Source: an uncultured Pelagibacteraceae bacterium
GTDB taxonomy: Bacteria > Pseudomonadota > Alphaproteobacteria > Pelagibacterales > Pelagibacteraceae
Reading direction: 5' to 3'
NCBI GenBank assembly: GCA_902596185.1
Contig: CACJSX010000002.1
Coordinates: 10,779-74,778 of the forward strand
Length of the DNA stretch: 64,000 nucleotides
Shown: one piece after another, positions 37,016 through 47,752 of the stretch
Layout: every line of letters starts with the position of its first letter
Numbering within the stretch: position 1 is the stretch's first letter
The notes under the pieces: model-generated
Database searches by the model: none
What the model was told of the DNA's origin: nothing
What the model saw: only the letters and a program-made list of their open reading frames with translations
Position numbers and translations under genes: made by a program

Positions 37016-38956
37016 ATGAACAAGATTCTTTCACAAGCACTTAAACAAGCTGTCTCTGAATATAGCCCAGAAATTAAAGAAGTTTCTAAGATAAATAAGC
37101 CTGATCTTTTCTCTTTAAATAATGAAACAGAATTATTTCAGAATGACAAAGGCATCATAATTAAAATTGATAGATCAAAAGATTCAAATTTAACCGATTT
37201 TGGAAAAGCAACATTGAAAGATAGATATCTTGGTCCAAATGAGTCTTTTCAAGATTTATTTGCAAGAGTAGCTAGCACATACTCTGATGATAACTTACAT
37301 GCTCAAAGAATTTATAACTATATTAGTAACCTTTGGTTTATGCCCGCAACACCAGTTTTATCAAATGGTGGAACTAAAAGAGGACTACCAATTTCATGTT
37401 TTTTAAATGAAGCTTCCGATAGTTTGGGAGGAATTCTAGATCTTTGGAGTGAGAATGTTTGGCTAGCAGCTAAAGGTGGTGGAATAGGAAGTTATTGGGG
37501 TAATCTAAGATCAATTGGAGAAAAAATTGGTAAAGTTGGAAAGACCTCAGGAATAATTCCGTTTATTAAAGTTATGGACTCGTTAACGATGGCAATTAGC
37601 CAAGGTTCATTAAGAAGAGGATCTGCAGCTTGTTATTTACCAATTGATCATCCAGAAATTGAGGAATTTATTGAAATGAGAAGACCAACCGGAGGTGATC
37701 CAAATAGAAAAGCGTTGAACTTACACCACGGTGTTTTAGTTTCAGATGCATTTATGAGAGCAGTTGAAACAGATGAACAGTGGGCATTAAAAAGTCCTGC
37801 CGATGGAACTATACAACAAACTATTTCAGCAAGAAATTTATGGATTAGATTATTAACTGCGAGAATAGAAACAGGTGAACCGTATATTATTTATATTGAT
37901 ACTGTTAATAGACAAATTCCACAGCACCATAAGTTAGCAAACCTTACAGTTAAAACTTCCAACTTGTGTAGTGAAATAACCTTACCAACAGGAATTGATA
38001 AAGATGGAAGAGACAGAACAGCCGTATGTTGTTTATCTTCTTTAAATTTGGAAAAGTATGACGAGTGGAAAGATGATCCAGATATGATTAATGACGTGAT
38101 GAGATTTTTAGATAACGTCTTATCAGATTTTATTAATAAAGCACCTGAGCAGTTTAAAGATGCAAAATATTCAGCGGAACGAGAAAGAAGTGTTGGTTTG
38201 GGTGTAATGGGATTTCACTCATTCTTACAAAAAAACAGAATCCCACTTGAGTCTGTGATGGCAAAATCATGGAATAAAAAAATATTTAAAAATATAGATG
38301 AGAAAGTAAATCAAGCTTCTAAAGATTTAGCTGAAGAGAGAGGTGCTTGTCCAGATGCGGCTGAGTATGGTTATAAGGAAAGATTTTCAAACAAAACAGC
38401 AATAGCTCCAACAGCTTCTATTTCAATTATTTGTGGTGGAGCATCTCCAGGAGTAGAGCCTATCGCTGCAAACAGCTATACACATAAAACTTTATCGGGT
38501 TCTTTTAATGTAAGAAACAGATATCTCGAAGAAATATTACAAAGTCATGGCAAAAATGATGATGAAACATGGTCTACAATTACCACTAATCAAGGATCAG
38601 TTAGCCATCTAGATTTCTTAACAGATTTAGAAAAAGATGTATTTAAAACAGCATTTGAGCTTAATCAAAATTGGATAATTGAATTAAGTGGTGACAGAAC
38701 ACCTTATATTTCTCAAGCTCAATCAGTAAATTTATTTCTACCAGCAGATGTTCATAAAAAGGAATTACACAAAATTCATTTTGATGCATGGAAGAAAGGT
38801 TTAAAGAGCCTTTATTACTGTAGATCAAAATCAATTCAAAGAGCTGAAAATATTAATGATGCTAATTCAACTGATATTACAGCAAATGTTTATAAATCTA
38901 AAAATCAACAATCAAACGAGCAGCCAGAGTACGAGGAGTGTTTATCATGTCAGTAG
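37016..38956 (+). CDS. nrdA: ribonucleoside-diphosphate reductase class Ia alpha subunit (no ATP cone)
   Basis: ATPVLSN, ISCFL, SNLCSEI, APTASIS, KSLYYCR, C-terminal CLSCQ. Confidence 0.96.
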   Translation: MNKILSQALKQAVSEYSPEIKEVSKINKPDLFSLNNETELFQNDKGIIIKIDRSKDSNLTDFGKATLKDRYLGPNESFQDLFARVASTYSDDNLHAQRIYNYISNLWFMPATPVLSNGGTKRGLPISCFLNEASDSLGGILDLWSENVWLAAKGGGIGSYWGNLRSIGEKIGKVGKTSGIIPFIKVMDSLTMAISQGSLRRGSAACYLPIDHPEIEEFIEMRRPTGGDPNRKALNLHHGVLVSDAFMRAVETDEQWALKSPADGTIQQTISARNLWIRLLTARIETGEPYIIYIDTVNRQIPQHHKLANLTVKTSNLCSEITLPTGIDKDGRDRTAVCCLSSLNLEKYDEWKDDPDMINDVMRFLDNVLSDFINKAPEQFKDAKYSAERERSVGLGVMGFHSFLQKNRIPLESVMAKSWNKKIFKNIDEKVNQASKDLAEERGACPDAAEYGYKERFSNKTAIAPTASISIICGGASPGVEPIAANSYTHKTLSGSFNVRNRYLEEILQSHGKNDDETWSTITTNQGSVSHLDFLTDLEKDVFKTAFELNQNWIIELSGDRTPYISQAQSVNLFLPADVHKKELHKIHFDAWKKGLKSLYYCRSKSIQRAENINDANSTDITANVYKSKNQQSNEQPEYEECLSCQ

Positions 38957-39954
38957 CAGAAAAAATTAACAAAGAGATTATTCAACCAAAAAAAATGGGT
39001 CTATTAGTAGAGAACCCTGTTTACAAACCGTTTAGATATCCATGGTGTTATGATGCCTGGTTAACTCAACAAAGAATACACTGGTTACCAGAAGAAGTTC
39101 CTTTAGGAGACGATGTTAGAGATTGGCAAAAAAACTTGTCTCAACCAGAAAAAAATTTATTAACTCAGATCTTTAGATTTTTTACTCAAGCTGATGTTGA
39201 GGTTAATAATTGTTATTTAAGACATTACACAACAGTATTTAAACCTACAGAAGTTTTAATGATGATGACAGCTTTTGCTGCTATGGAAACTGTGCATGTA
39301 GCAGCTTATTCACATTTATTAGATACAATTGGAATGCCTGAGTCTGAATATTCTGCATTCATGAAATATAAAGAAATGAAAGATAAGTATGATTACATGC
39401 AAGACTTTAATGTAAATTCAAAAGAAGATATTGCAAAAACTGTAGCTGTATTTAGTGCTTTCACTGAAGGGTTGCAATTATTTGCAAGTTTTGCAATTTT
39501 ATTGAATTTTCCAAGACATAATAAAATGAAAGGAATGGGTCAGATCGTTACTTGGTCCGTAAGAGATGAAACTCTTCATTGCAACTCAATGATCAGAATT
39601 TTCAAAGAATTTATAAAAGAAAATCCAGAAATTTGGACTCCAAAACTTAAAAAAGAACTTTATGAAGCTTGTAGAACTATTATTGAACATGAAGACGCTT
39701 TTATAGACCTAGCTTTTGAAATGGGTCCTATGGAAGGTTTGACAGCAAAAGAAGTTAAAGATTACATAAGATTTATTGGTAACAGAAGATTAGTTCAGTT
39801 AGGATTAGAACCAATTTATGATATTGATAAAAATCCATTAACTTGGTTAGATACTATGCTTAATGCTGTTGAACATATGAATTTCTTTGAAGGGCGTGCT
39901 ACAGAATATTCTAAAGCATCGACCCAAGGGACTTGGGCAGAAGCTTTTAGTTAA
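38947..39954 (+). CDS. nrdB: ribonucleoside-diphosphate reductase class Ia beta subunit
   Basis: WLPEEV, FFTQAD, ETVHVAAY (radical Tyr), EGLQLF, RDETLH, NFFE..ATEY. Confidence 0.96.
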   Translation: MSVAEKINKEIIQPKKMGLLVENPVYKPFRYPWCYDAWLTQQRIHWLPEEVPLGDDVRDWQKNLSQPEKNLLTQIFRFFTQADVEVNNCYLRHYTTVFKPTEVLMMMTAFAAMETVHVAAYSHLLDTIGMPESEYSAFMKYKEMKDKYDYMQDFNVNSKEDIAKTVAVFSAFTEGLQLFASFAILLNFPRHNKMKGMGQIVTWSVRDETLHCNSMIRIFKEFIKENPEIWTPKLKKELYEACRTIIEHEDAFIDLAFEMGPMEGLTAKEVKDYIRFIGNRRLVQLGLEPIYDIDKNPLTWLDTMLNAVEHMNFFEGRATEYSKASTQGTWAEAFS

Positions 39955-39964
39955 TAATAAAAAA

Positions 39965-41089
39965 TTATCTTTGGTTTAACTGCATCACTTTTCTATGCTT
40001 GCTACCCTTGTAGCTAGCTAATGGTCTAATAAGTTTGTTAGCAGCATGCTGTTCCATTATGTGAGCAGACCATCCAGTGATTCTTGAAATTACAAATATT
40101 GGAGTGAAAAAATCGGTATCAAATCCCATTAAATGATAAGTAGGTCCTGTTGGATAATCTACGTTAGGATAAATGTTTTTCTGTTTGATCATAACTTTTT
40201 CAACGATGTCATAGATTTTTTCAAATTTTTTATCTTTTTTAAGTTTAGCCACTTTACCAAAGTACTTTCTCATAGTTGGAACTCTCGAGTCACCTGACTT
40301 ATAAACTCTATGACCAAATCCCATGACTACTTCCCTATTTTTAAGTGCATTATTTATCCATTTTAGTGCATTTTCAGGTTTTTTAATCTTGTTCATCATA
40401 TGCATCACTTCTTCATTAGCTCCACCATGAAGTGGGCCTTTTAAACTTGCAATTGCGCCTGTAATTGCTCCATGTATATCAGATAAGCTACTTGTGATTG
40501 TTCGTGCTGTAAAAGTTGAAACATTGAAACTATGTTCTGCATATAAAATTAAAGATACATCAAAAGCTTTAACAATTTCTTTTTGAGGAACTTTTCCAAA
40601 ACACATATAGAAAAAGTTTTCAGCAAAAGTTAAGTTTTTCTTTGGTTTAATAATTTTTTTTCCTTTTCTAATTCTATAAAAGGCTGCTAATGCAGTCGGC
40701 GTTTTTGCAAAAATTCTTAATGCTTTCCTCATATTTGCTTCAGGAGAAGAATCTATAGTTTCTTTATCCTCTAATCCCATCACGCTGACAGCAGTTCTTG
40801 CAACGTCCATTGGATGAGATTTTTTTGGCATATGTTTTATTATTTCATATAAATTTTTTGTAAGCTCTCTATTGTTTCTTTCTTCTTTCTCGAAATTTTT
40901 AAGTTCTATTGAATTTGGAAGATCTTTATTTAAAATCAAATAGGCTACCTCTTCAAACCTACAATATTCACATAAATCTTGAGCAGCATACCCTCTATAA
41001 GTAAGAGAATTTATTTCTGGCATTACTTTTGAAACTTCAGTTTCATCTACCACAATACCTAGTAAGCCTTTTTTAATATCATCACTCAT
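39965..41089 (-). CDS. prpC: 2-methylcitrate synthase
   Basis: LTYRGY, YAEHSFNVST, GPLHGGANE, GFGHRVY, PNVD; operon with prpB and prpD. Confidence 0.92.
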   Translation of the reverse strand: MSDDIKKGLLGIVVDETEVSKVMPEINSLTYRGYAAQDLCEYCRFEEVAYLILNKDLPNSIELKNFEKEERNNRELTKNLYEIIKHMPKKSHPMDVARTAVSVMGLEDKETIDSSPEANMRKALRIFAKTPTALAAFYRIRKGKKIIKPKKNLTFAENFFYMCFGKVPQKEIVKAFDVSLILYAEHSFNVSTFTARTITSSLSDIHGAITGAIASLKGPLHGGANEEVMHMMNKIKKPENALKWINNALKNREVVMGFGHRVYKSGDSRVPTMRKYFGKVAKLKKDKKFEKIYDIVEKVMIKQKNIYPNVDYPTGPTYHLMGFDTDFFTPIFVISRITGWSAHIMEQHAANKLIRPLASYKGSKHRKVMQLNQR

Positions 41090-41985
41090 TACTCATGTCC
41101 TTCCGTACTAAAATTATAAATTTTTTCATCTAATGAATTGTATTTTTCGTAATCAACTAATTCATAAAGTCTTTTTCTAGTTTGCATTTTATCAATAACA
41201 TTGTTTTGGTGTCCATTTGCATAAATGTCTCTTAATCCATCCTCTACATTTTTCATAGCCAATCTTTGTGTTGTTACAGGATAAATCACTATGTTATATC
41301 CAAAATTTTCTAATTCTTTAAAGTTGAATAATTTAGACTTACCAAATTCGGTCATGTTTGCTAATAAATAACCAGTTAATTCTTTACGTACTTTTTCAAA
41401 ATCTTTTTCATCTTGAAGAGCTTCTGGGAAAATAATTTCAGCACCAGCATCAATATAGGCCTTACATCTTTCAATCATTTTATCAATTCCTTCAACACTT
41501 TTAGCATCTGAACGTGCAATAATTTTAAAATTTTGATCTTTTTTTGCTGCAACACATTCTTTAATTTTTTTAACCATAGCATCAGTTGAAATAAGTTCTT
41601 TATTATCAAGATGGCCACATCTTTTTCTCTCAATTTGATCTTCTAAATGAACTCCTGTTACTCCAAATTCTTCAAAAGTTTCTATTGTTTCTTTACAAGA
41701 TTTAAATCCTGTATCTATATCAACTATTGTTGGAAGATTAGTAACTCTAGAAATTAAATAAGATCTTGTGCTGACATCTTGTAATGTTGTTAAACCAATA
41801 TCAGGAAATCCAAGGTCATTAGCCATTACTCCACCAGATACATAAACTGCATCATAACCAATTTCTTCAATTAATTTTGCTGTAAGTGGGTTATATGCAC
41901 CAGGAGCTCTTAAAATTTTATTTGATTTTAATTTTTGATCAAAATCAAATCTTTTTTGACCTGGTTCTTTTTCAACAAAGTGCAT
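41089..41985 (-). CDS. prpB: 2-methylisocitrate lyase
   Basis: GFPDIG, VDIDTGF, EDQ..KRCGH, ANMTEFGK, MQTR. Confidence 0.95.
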   Translation of the reverse strand: MHFVEKEPGQKRFDFDQKLKSNKILRAPGAYNPLTAKLIEEIGYDAVYVSGGVMANDLGFPDIGLTTLQDVSTRSYLISRVTNLPTIVDIDTGFKSCKETIETFEEFGVTGVHLEDQIERKRCGHLDNKELISTDAMVKKIKECVAAKKDQNFKIIARSDAKSVEGIDKMIERCKAYIDAGAEIIFPEALQDEKDFEKVRKELTGYLLANMTEFGKSKLFNFKELENFGYNIVIYPVTTQRLAMKNVEDGLRDIYANGHQNNVIDKMQTRKRLYELVDYEKYNSLDEKIYNFSTEGHE

Positions 41986-43487
41986 TAAAAAATTCCTTTT
42001 TTATTATTTTGTTTTAATTTACTTTTTCTTACTTCAATATTTAATTTTTGAAGTTGACCAGATTTTAAATTTCTTAAATTTTGTACTGTTTTTAAAAAAC
42101 GGTTACTTTCTTTTTTATCCAAAATACCCTGAGTTAAAGTTAAAAATTTTTTTATATAATTTTCTCTTTTAAATGGTCTAGCCCCATACGGATGTGCGTC
42201 TGCTCTATCTAGTTCCTCTGCTATTTTTTTTCCATTGTTTAGTGTTACAACTACTTTAGCACCAAATGCTTTATTTTTTGGATTTGGATCATGATATTTC
42301 TTTGTCCATTTTTTATCCTCATATGTTTTAATTGATCTCCAAATTTTAATTGTACTTTTTCTATTTGCTCTTGCTTTAGTGTAAGATTTAACATGATGCC
42401 AATCTCCGTCTTCTAAAGCTACAGCAAATATATACATGATAGAATGGTCTAATGTTTCTCTGCTAGCTTTAGGATCCATTTTTTGTGGATCATTAGCACC
42501 TGTTCCGATTACATAATGAGTGTGATGACTTGTAAAAATATCTATTTTCTTAATATAATTTAAATTGGTAATTTTTGTCTTTAGCTTTTTAGCTAGATCT
42601 ATTAATGCTTGCGATTGATATTCTGCAGAATATTCTTTTGTATATGTTTCTAAAATAGCTTTTTTACTTTCACCTTTTTTTGGCAAAGGAACTTTGTAGT
42701 TTGCTTTTTTCCCATCTAATATTCTTGCTATTACACTATCCTCACCCTCATATATTGGACTTGGAGCACCTTCACCTCTCATAGCTCTATCTACAGCTTC
42801 GATAGCAAGCTTAGCTGCATGTGCAGGAGCATAAGCTTTCCAGCTTGAAATTTCTCCTTTTCTGGATTGTCTTGTAGATATTGTTGTATGTAATGCCTGT
42901 TGAACAGCTTGATATATAGTTTCAGTATTTAATTTTAACATAGTTCCTAATCCAGCAGATACACTAGGACCTAAATGCGCAATGTGGTCTACCTTATGCT
43001 TGTGCAAACAAATGCCTTTAACTAAATTTACCTGAACTTCATATGCAGTAATTATTCCCTTTAATAAATCTAATCCATTTTTTTTATTTTGTTGTGCAAC
43101 ACTAATAAGTGGAGGAATGTTATCACCTGGATGACTATAATCAGCAGCTAAAAAAGTATCATGAAAATCTAATTCTCTAACAGCAGTTCCGTTTGACCAT
43201 GCTGCCCATTCACAATCAAATTTTAATTTTGAGTTTACACCAAATAAAGTTGCACCATTTTTTCTAGGGTGTCTTAAAGCCATTTCTCTAGATGAAATTA
43301 CTGGTTTTCTGTTTAAAGAGGCGATCGCAACAGAAGCATTATCAATAATTCTATTGATAACCATTTCAATAGCATCTTTATTTAATTTAGCATTATCGCT
43401 TGCTATCTCTGCAATTTTCCATGCAAGCTGTTTCTTCTTTGGAAGATTAATTTTTGATGGATATACTTTAACTGTGTGTAATAACAA
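41985..43487 (-). CDS. prpD: 2-methylcitrate dehydratase (MmgE/PrpD)
   Basis: [34 protein letters not shown]; TTG start with AAGGAG RBS. Confidence 0.93.
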   Translation of the reverse strand: MLLHTVKVYPSKINLPKKKQLAWKIAEIASDNAKLNKDAIEMVINRIIDNASVAIASLNRKPVISSREMALRHPRKNGATLFGVNSKLKFDCEWAAWSNGTAVRELDFHDTFLAADYSHPGDNIPPLISVAQQNKKNGLDLLKGIITAYEVQVNLVKGICLHKHKVDHIAHLGPSVSAGLGTMLKLNTETIYQAVQQALHTTISTRQSRKGEISSWKAYAPAHAAKLAIEAVDRAMRGEGAPSPIYEGEDSVIARILDGKKANYKVPLPKKGESKKAILETYTKEYSAEYQSQALIDLAKKLKTKITNLNYIKKIDIFTSHHTHYVIGTGANDPQKMDPKASRETLDHSIMYIFAVALEDGDWHHVKSYTKARANRKSTIKIWRSIKTYEDKKWTKKYHDPNPKNKAFGAKVVVTLNNGKKIAEELDRADAHPYGARPFKRENYIKKFLTLTQGILDKKESNRFLKTVQNLRNLKSGQLQKLNIEVRKSKLKQNNKKGIF

Positions 43488-43540
43488 AATTACTCCTTAT
43501 TTGTGATTTTGTTTTAATAGTTAAAATAAATTAATCAATA

Positions 43541-44206
43541 TTAAAGATATTTTGTTACTATTTTTTCAATACCTACAAAGTCTTTTATAATGTGATTATG
43601 ATAAATATCCTCAGATCTTTTTTCTGTATATCCATATTTTAGTAATATTATTGGAATTTCAGCAGCCTTAGCAGCATTAGCATCTGTCTCGCTGTCACCA
43701 ATCATAATCGATTTATTTTTATCACCATCTAAAATTTCAATAGTAGTTGTTAAATGTCGAGGGTCAGGTTTGCAATATTCAAAAGTATTATAACCTGCAA
43801 CATATTCAAAATAATCATAAATCCCTATTTTTTTTAAAAGATCAACCGCTAAGTGTTCAGTTTTATTTGTGCATACTGCCATAGAAATATTTTCATTTTT
43901 ACACCAATTTAAAAATTCCTTTACACCGTTAATTAATTTACTCTCATGTAAAATATTTTTTCCATAATAAGTTAAAAATTCATCAGTCATTTCATTTTGA
44001 ATTTTTTCATCAAACCATTTCCACTGTCCATTAGCCTTTGCCATCATAGCTTTTGCTCCTTTGCCAACAGCATTTTTTAATTCTCCTAAAGTTTTTGTAG
44101 GATAACCAAATTTTTTCATTACATGGTTATGGGCGCGGATTAAATCTGGAGCGGTATCCACTAATGTACCGTCTAAATCAAATAAAATTGTAAATTTTTG
44201 TTTCAT
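43541..44206 (-). CDS. gph: phosphoglycolate phosphatase-like HAD hydrolase
   Basis: FDLDGTLVDT, CTNK, KPDP, IGDSETD. Confidence 0.85.
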   Translation of the reverse strand: MKQKFTILFDLDGTLVDTAPDLIRAHNHVMKKFGYPTKTLGELKNAVGKGAKAMMAKANGQWKWFDEKIQNEMTDEFLTYYGKNILHESKLINGVKEFLNWCKNENISMAVCTNKTEHLAVDLLKKIGIYDYFEYVAGYNTFEYCKPDPRHLTTTIEILDGDKNKSIMIGDSETDANAAKAAEIPIILLKYGYTEKRSEDIYHNHIIKDFVGIEKIVTKYL

Positions 44207-44275
44207 TTTAAAAGTATTTTAAAGAAATAAATTGTGAATTAATCAAGACATATTCTTAATGTAAATCAATTCTAA

Positions 44276-44887
44276 ATGGAAGTTTTAAATCAAAAAAAAC
44301 TAAGAAAGAAATTTATAAAATCAGGAGTTAAGATGATAGGTCCTGAAACTATTTTTTTTTCAAAAGATACAAAGATTGGAAAGAAAGTAACTATAGAACC
44401 TTATGTTGTTATTGGCTCTAATGTTAAAATTGGAAATAATGTAATTATAAAATCTTTTTCACATTTAGAGTCGTGCAAAATTGAAAATAAAGTTGAGATT
44501 GGTCCATATGCTAGAATAAGACCTGATACAATTCTAAAAGAAGGGTCCAAAGTAGGTAATTTTGTAGAGATTAAAAAAAGTACTTTAGGAACTAAATCTA
44601 AAGTTAACCATTTGTCATATATAGGAGATGCTAAAATTGGAAAATCAGTAAATATAGGAGCTGGTACAATTACTTGTAACTATGATGGAGTAAATAAAAA
44701 TAAAACTAAGATTAAAGACAAAGTATTTATAGGCTCAAATTCTTCATTGGTTGCTCCAATTACTATAAATAAAGATAGCATTGTCGGAGCCGGATCAGTC
44801 ATAACAAAGAATGTTAGAACAAAATCATTAGCATTAACAAGATCGCCACAATTAGAAGTTAAAAATTATAAAAGAAAGAAAAAATAA
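44276..44887 (+). CDS. glmU: GlmU acetyltransferase domain only (glucosamine-1-phosphate N-acetyltransferase)
   Basis: GPYARIRP, GNFVEIK, HLSYIGDA, NIGAGTITCNYDG; 203 aa, N-terminal uridylyltransferase absent. Confidence 0.88.
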   Translation: MEVLNQKKLRKKFIKSGVKMIGPETIFFSKDTKIGKKVTIEPYVVIGSNVKIGNNVIIKSFSHLESCKIENKVEIGPYARIRPDTILKEGSKVGNFVEIKKSTLGTKSKVNHLSYIGDAKIGKSVNIGAGTITCNYDGVNKNKTKIKDKVFIGSNSSLVAPITINKDSIVGAGSVITKNVRTKSLALTRSPQLEVKNYKRKKK

Positions 44888-44890
44888 TTT

Positions 44891-46711
44891 ATGTGTGGAA
44901 TTATTGGAATATCTAGCAACAAACCTGTTTCTGCAAATATAATTAATTCATTAAAAAAATTAGAATATAGAGGATATGACTCAGCAGGTATAGCCACACT
45001 TTCAGATGGGCAAATCAATGAAGTAAAATCAGAGGGTAGAGTAGATAACTTAGAAAATAATTTTGATTTAAAAAACTTAAGAGGAAATATTGGTATAGGA
45101 CATGTAAGGTGGGCAACCCATGGTATTCCAAATAGTTTAAATGCACATCCACATTCATCTCATAATGTTTCAGTTGTTCATAATGGAATTATTGAAAACT
45201 CTACAATATTAAAAAAACATTTAATCAATAAAGGTCATGAGTTTAAATCTCAGACAGATACTGAAGTTATTGTTCATTTAATAACAGAAAATTTAAAAAC
45301 TTCAGAACTAGAAGAGGCTATTACAAAAACATTAGAACAACTTGACGGAAGTTTTGCACTCGGAATTGTATTCAGAGATATACCAGACCTAATTGTTGGT
45401 GCTAGGAGAGGGTCACCTTTAGCAGTTGGTTATGGTCCAAATGAAAACTATCTAGGATCAGATTCTTATGCTTTAAAATCAATGACCAATAAGATTACTT
45501 ATCTTGATGATGGTGAATTTTGTGTCGTGAAAAAAGATCAAGTTCTTTTTTTCAATGAAGATGGAAAAAAAATTAATAAAAAAATATTAGAAATGTCATC
45601 AAATGAGACAAATTATGACAAAGGTGATTTTAAACATTTCATGGCAAAAGAAATTGAGGAGCAACCGATAACAATTAAAACTGGTATAAAAGAATATATT
45701 GACAATGTTAATAAAGAAATAAATATCTTTAATTTTCCATGGAAAATAGAAGAGATTAAATCAATAACCTTAATAGGATGTGGAACTGCGTATCACTCTT
45801 GCTTAATGGCAAAATATTGGTTTGAAGAACTTACAAACTTAGATGTCAGCATAGATATAGCATCAGAATTTAGATATAGAAAAAATAGATTTAAGAAAGA
45901 TACTTTATATGTCTTTGTTTCTCAATCTGGAGAAACAGCAGATACTTATGCAGCCCTAGATCTTTGTAATAAAAATAGTATGAAAACATGTGCTATTGTT
46001 AATGTAATTGAAAGCTCAATTGCGAGAGATTCAAATTTTGTGCTACCAATTCATTGTGGCCCTGAAATTGGAGTTGCTTCAACAAAAGCATTCCTGGGTC
46101 AAATACTCGTATTGTATATTTTGGCTTTAAAACTTGGATCATTAAGAAATGAAATTGAAAAAAAAGAATATCAAGAAAAAATTAAAGATTTAAAAGATCT
46201 ACCAGGTTTAATAGAAAAAACTTTATCATATGATAATGATATCCAGGCAATATCCTCAACTTTTAATGAAGCAAAGGGTTCAATGTTTTTAGGAAGAGGT
46301 TATTCATATCCTATAGCTTTGGAGGGTGCATTAAAACTTAAAGAACTTTCTTACGTTCATGCTGAAGGATATCCAGCAGGTGAAATGAAACATGGGCCAT
46401 TAGCTTTAATTGAAGAAGGTATGCCTGTAGTAGTTTTAGCGCCTAAAGATAGTTATTACAAAAAAACAATTTCAAATTTGCAGGAAGTTGTAGCAAGAGG
46501 AGCAAAGGTATTATTAATTACTAACAAAAGTAAAGATGAAGTTGTGTCAGAAAATATTTGGGAAACTATTGAAGTTGAGAATACAAATGACGACCTATTC
46601 CCGTTCCTTTTAACTATTCCACTTCAAAAACTTGCGTATTACTCTGCGCTTAAAAAAGGTTATGACATTGATAAGCCAAGAAATTTGGCAAAATCTGTTA
46701 CTGTTGAATAA
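44891..46711 (+). CDS. glmS: glutamine-fructose-6-phosphate transaminase
   Basis: MCGIIG, LEYRGYDSAG, RWATHG, SQSGET, PRNLAKSVTVE. Confidence 0.98.
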   Translation: MCGIIGISSNKPVSANIINSLKKLEYRGYDSAGIATLSDGQINEVKSEGRVDNLENNFDLKNLRGNIGIGHVRWATHGIPNSLNAHPHSSHNVSVVHNGIIENSTILKKHLINKGHEFKSQTDTEVIVHLITENLKTSELEEAITKTLEQLDGSFALGIVFRDIPDLIVGARRGSPLAVGYGPNENYLGSDSYALKSMTNKITYLDDGEFCVVKKDQVLFFNEDGKKINKKILEMSSNETNYDKGDFKHFMAKEIEEQPITIKTGIKEYIDNVNKEINIFNFPWKIEEIKSITLIGCGTAYHSCLMAKYWFEELTNLDVSIDIASEFRYRKNRFKKDTLYVFVSQSGETADTYAALDLCNKNSMKTCAIVNVIESSIARDSNFVLPIHCGPEIGVASTKAFLGQILVLYILALKLGSLRNEIEKKEYQEKIKDLKDLPGLIEKTLSYDNDIQAISSTFNEAKGSMFLGRGYSYPIALEGALKLKELSYVHAEGYPAGEMKHGPLALIEEGMPVVVLAPKDSYYKKTISNLQEVVARGAKVLLITNKSKDEVVSENIWETIEVENTNDDLFPFLLTIPLQKLAYYSALKKGYDIDKPRNLAKSVTVE

Positions 46712-46755
46712 TAAAATTTATTTAGTTAATTTTCTTTATACGTTAAATTAAATTG

Positions 46756-47751
46756 ATGAAAAAAATTATTAATAATCCATCAGATTTTGTAGAAGAATCT
46801 ATTCAGGGTTTAGTTATTTCTCATCCAGATATTTATAGTTTTGCTAGTGATAATCAAAGAGTGATTCAAAGGACCAAAAAAGCAAAAAATAAAGTAGGAA
46901 TTGTTTCAGGAGGAGGTTCTGGACATTTACCAGTATTTACGGGTTATGTGGGAAAGGGAATGTTGGATGCATGTGCGGTTGGTTCAGTTTTTGCATCTCC
47001 CTCTGTTGATCAAATAGCATCTGCAATCAGAAATGGAAATAATGGTAGTGGTGTTTTGTGTGTTTTAGGAAACTATGGTGGCGATGTCATGAATTTTGAA
47101 ATGGCATGTGAAATTGTAAAATCTGAAGGGATAGAAACAAAAATGATTATTATTTCAGATGACATTGCAAGCGCAAGCAATGAAGATAAATTAAAAAGAA
47201 GAGGAATAGCAGGATTAATTTTTGCATTTAAAATTGCAGGAGCATGCTCAGAAAATGGAGCAAGTCTTGAAGAAGTTTATAATTTAACATTAAAAGCTAA
47301 TGACAATTTAAGAACAATTGGTGTTGCTGTGTCTTCATGTATTTTGCCAGAAGTAGGCAAACCTACTTTTGAACTTAAAAATGACGAAATTGAAATAGGA
47401 ATGGGAATTCATGGTGAACCAGGCATCAAGAGAGAAAAATTAAGAAAAGCAGATTTATTAGTAGATGACTTATGTAAATTGATTTTTGAAGATTTTGAAA
47501 TGTCAAATAGTGATAAAGTTTCAATTATGATTAATAGTTTAGGTGCAACACCATTAGAAGAACTTTATATTGTATCAAAAAGAGTAAATGAAATTTTTTT
47601 AAAAAAAGAAGTAGAAATTTTTAAAACTTATGTTGGAAGATACGCAACATCTTTAGAAATGGCAGGGATGTCTATCTCTGTATTAAAGTTAGATGATGAT
47701 TTAAAAAAAGCATTAATAGATCATAGCGAATGTCCTTTTTGGATTAATTAG
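46756..47751 (+). CDS. dhaK: dihydroxyacetone kinase family substrate-binding subunit
   Basis: SGGGSGH, VFASPS, NYGGD, RRGIAG, GMGIHGEPG, SLEMAG. Confidence 0.88.
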   Translation: MKKIINNPSDFVEESIQGLVISHPDIYSFASDNQRVIQRTKKAKNKVGIVSGGGSGHLPVFTGYVGKGMLDACAVGSVFASPSVDQIASAIRNGNNGSGVLCVLGNYGGDVMNFEMACEIVKSEGIETKMIIISDDIASASNEDKLKRRGIAGLIFAFKIAGACSENGASLEEVYNLTLKANDNLRTIGVAVSSCILPEVGKPTFELKNDEIEIGMGIHGEPGIKREKLRKADLLVDDLCKLIFEDFEMSNSDKVSIMINSLGATPLEELYIVSKRVNEIFLKKEVEIFKTYVGRYATSLEMAGMSISVLKLDDDLKKALIDHSECPFWIN

Positions 47752-47752
47752 T

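Noticed and set aside
37016-39954. Phage-derived nrdAB / prophage
   Set aside because: Flanked by housekeeping genes, has host NrdR/LexA-type sites, and no phage genes are present
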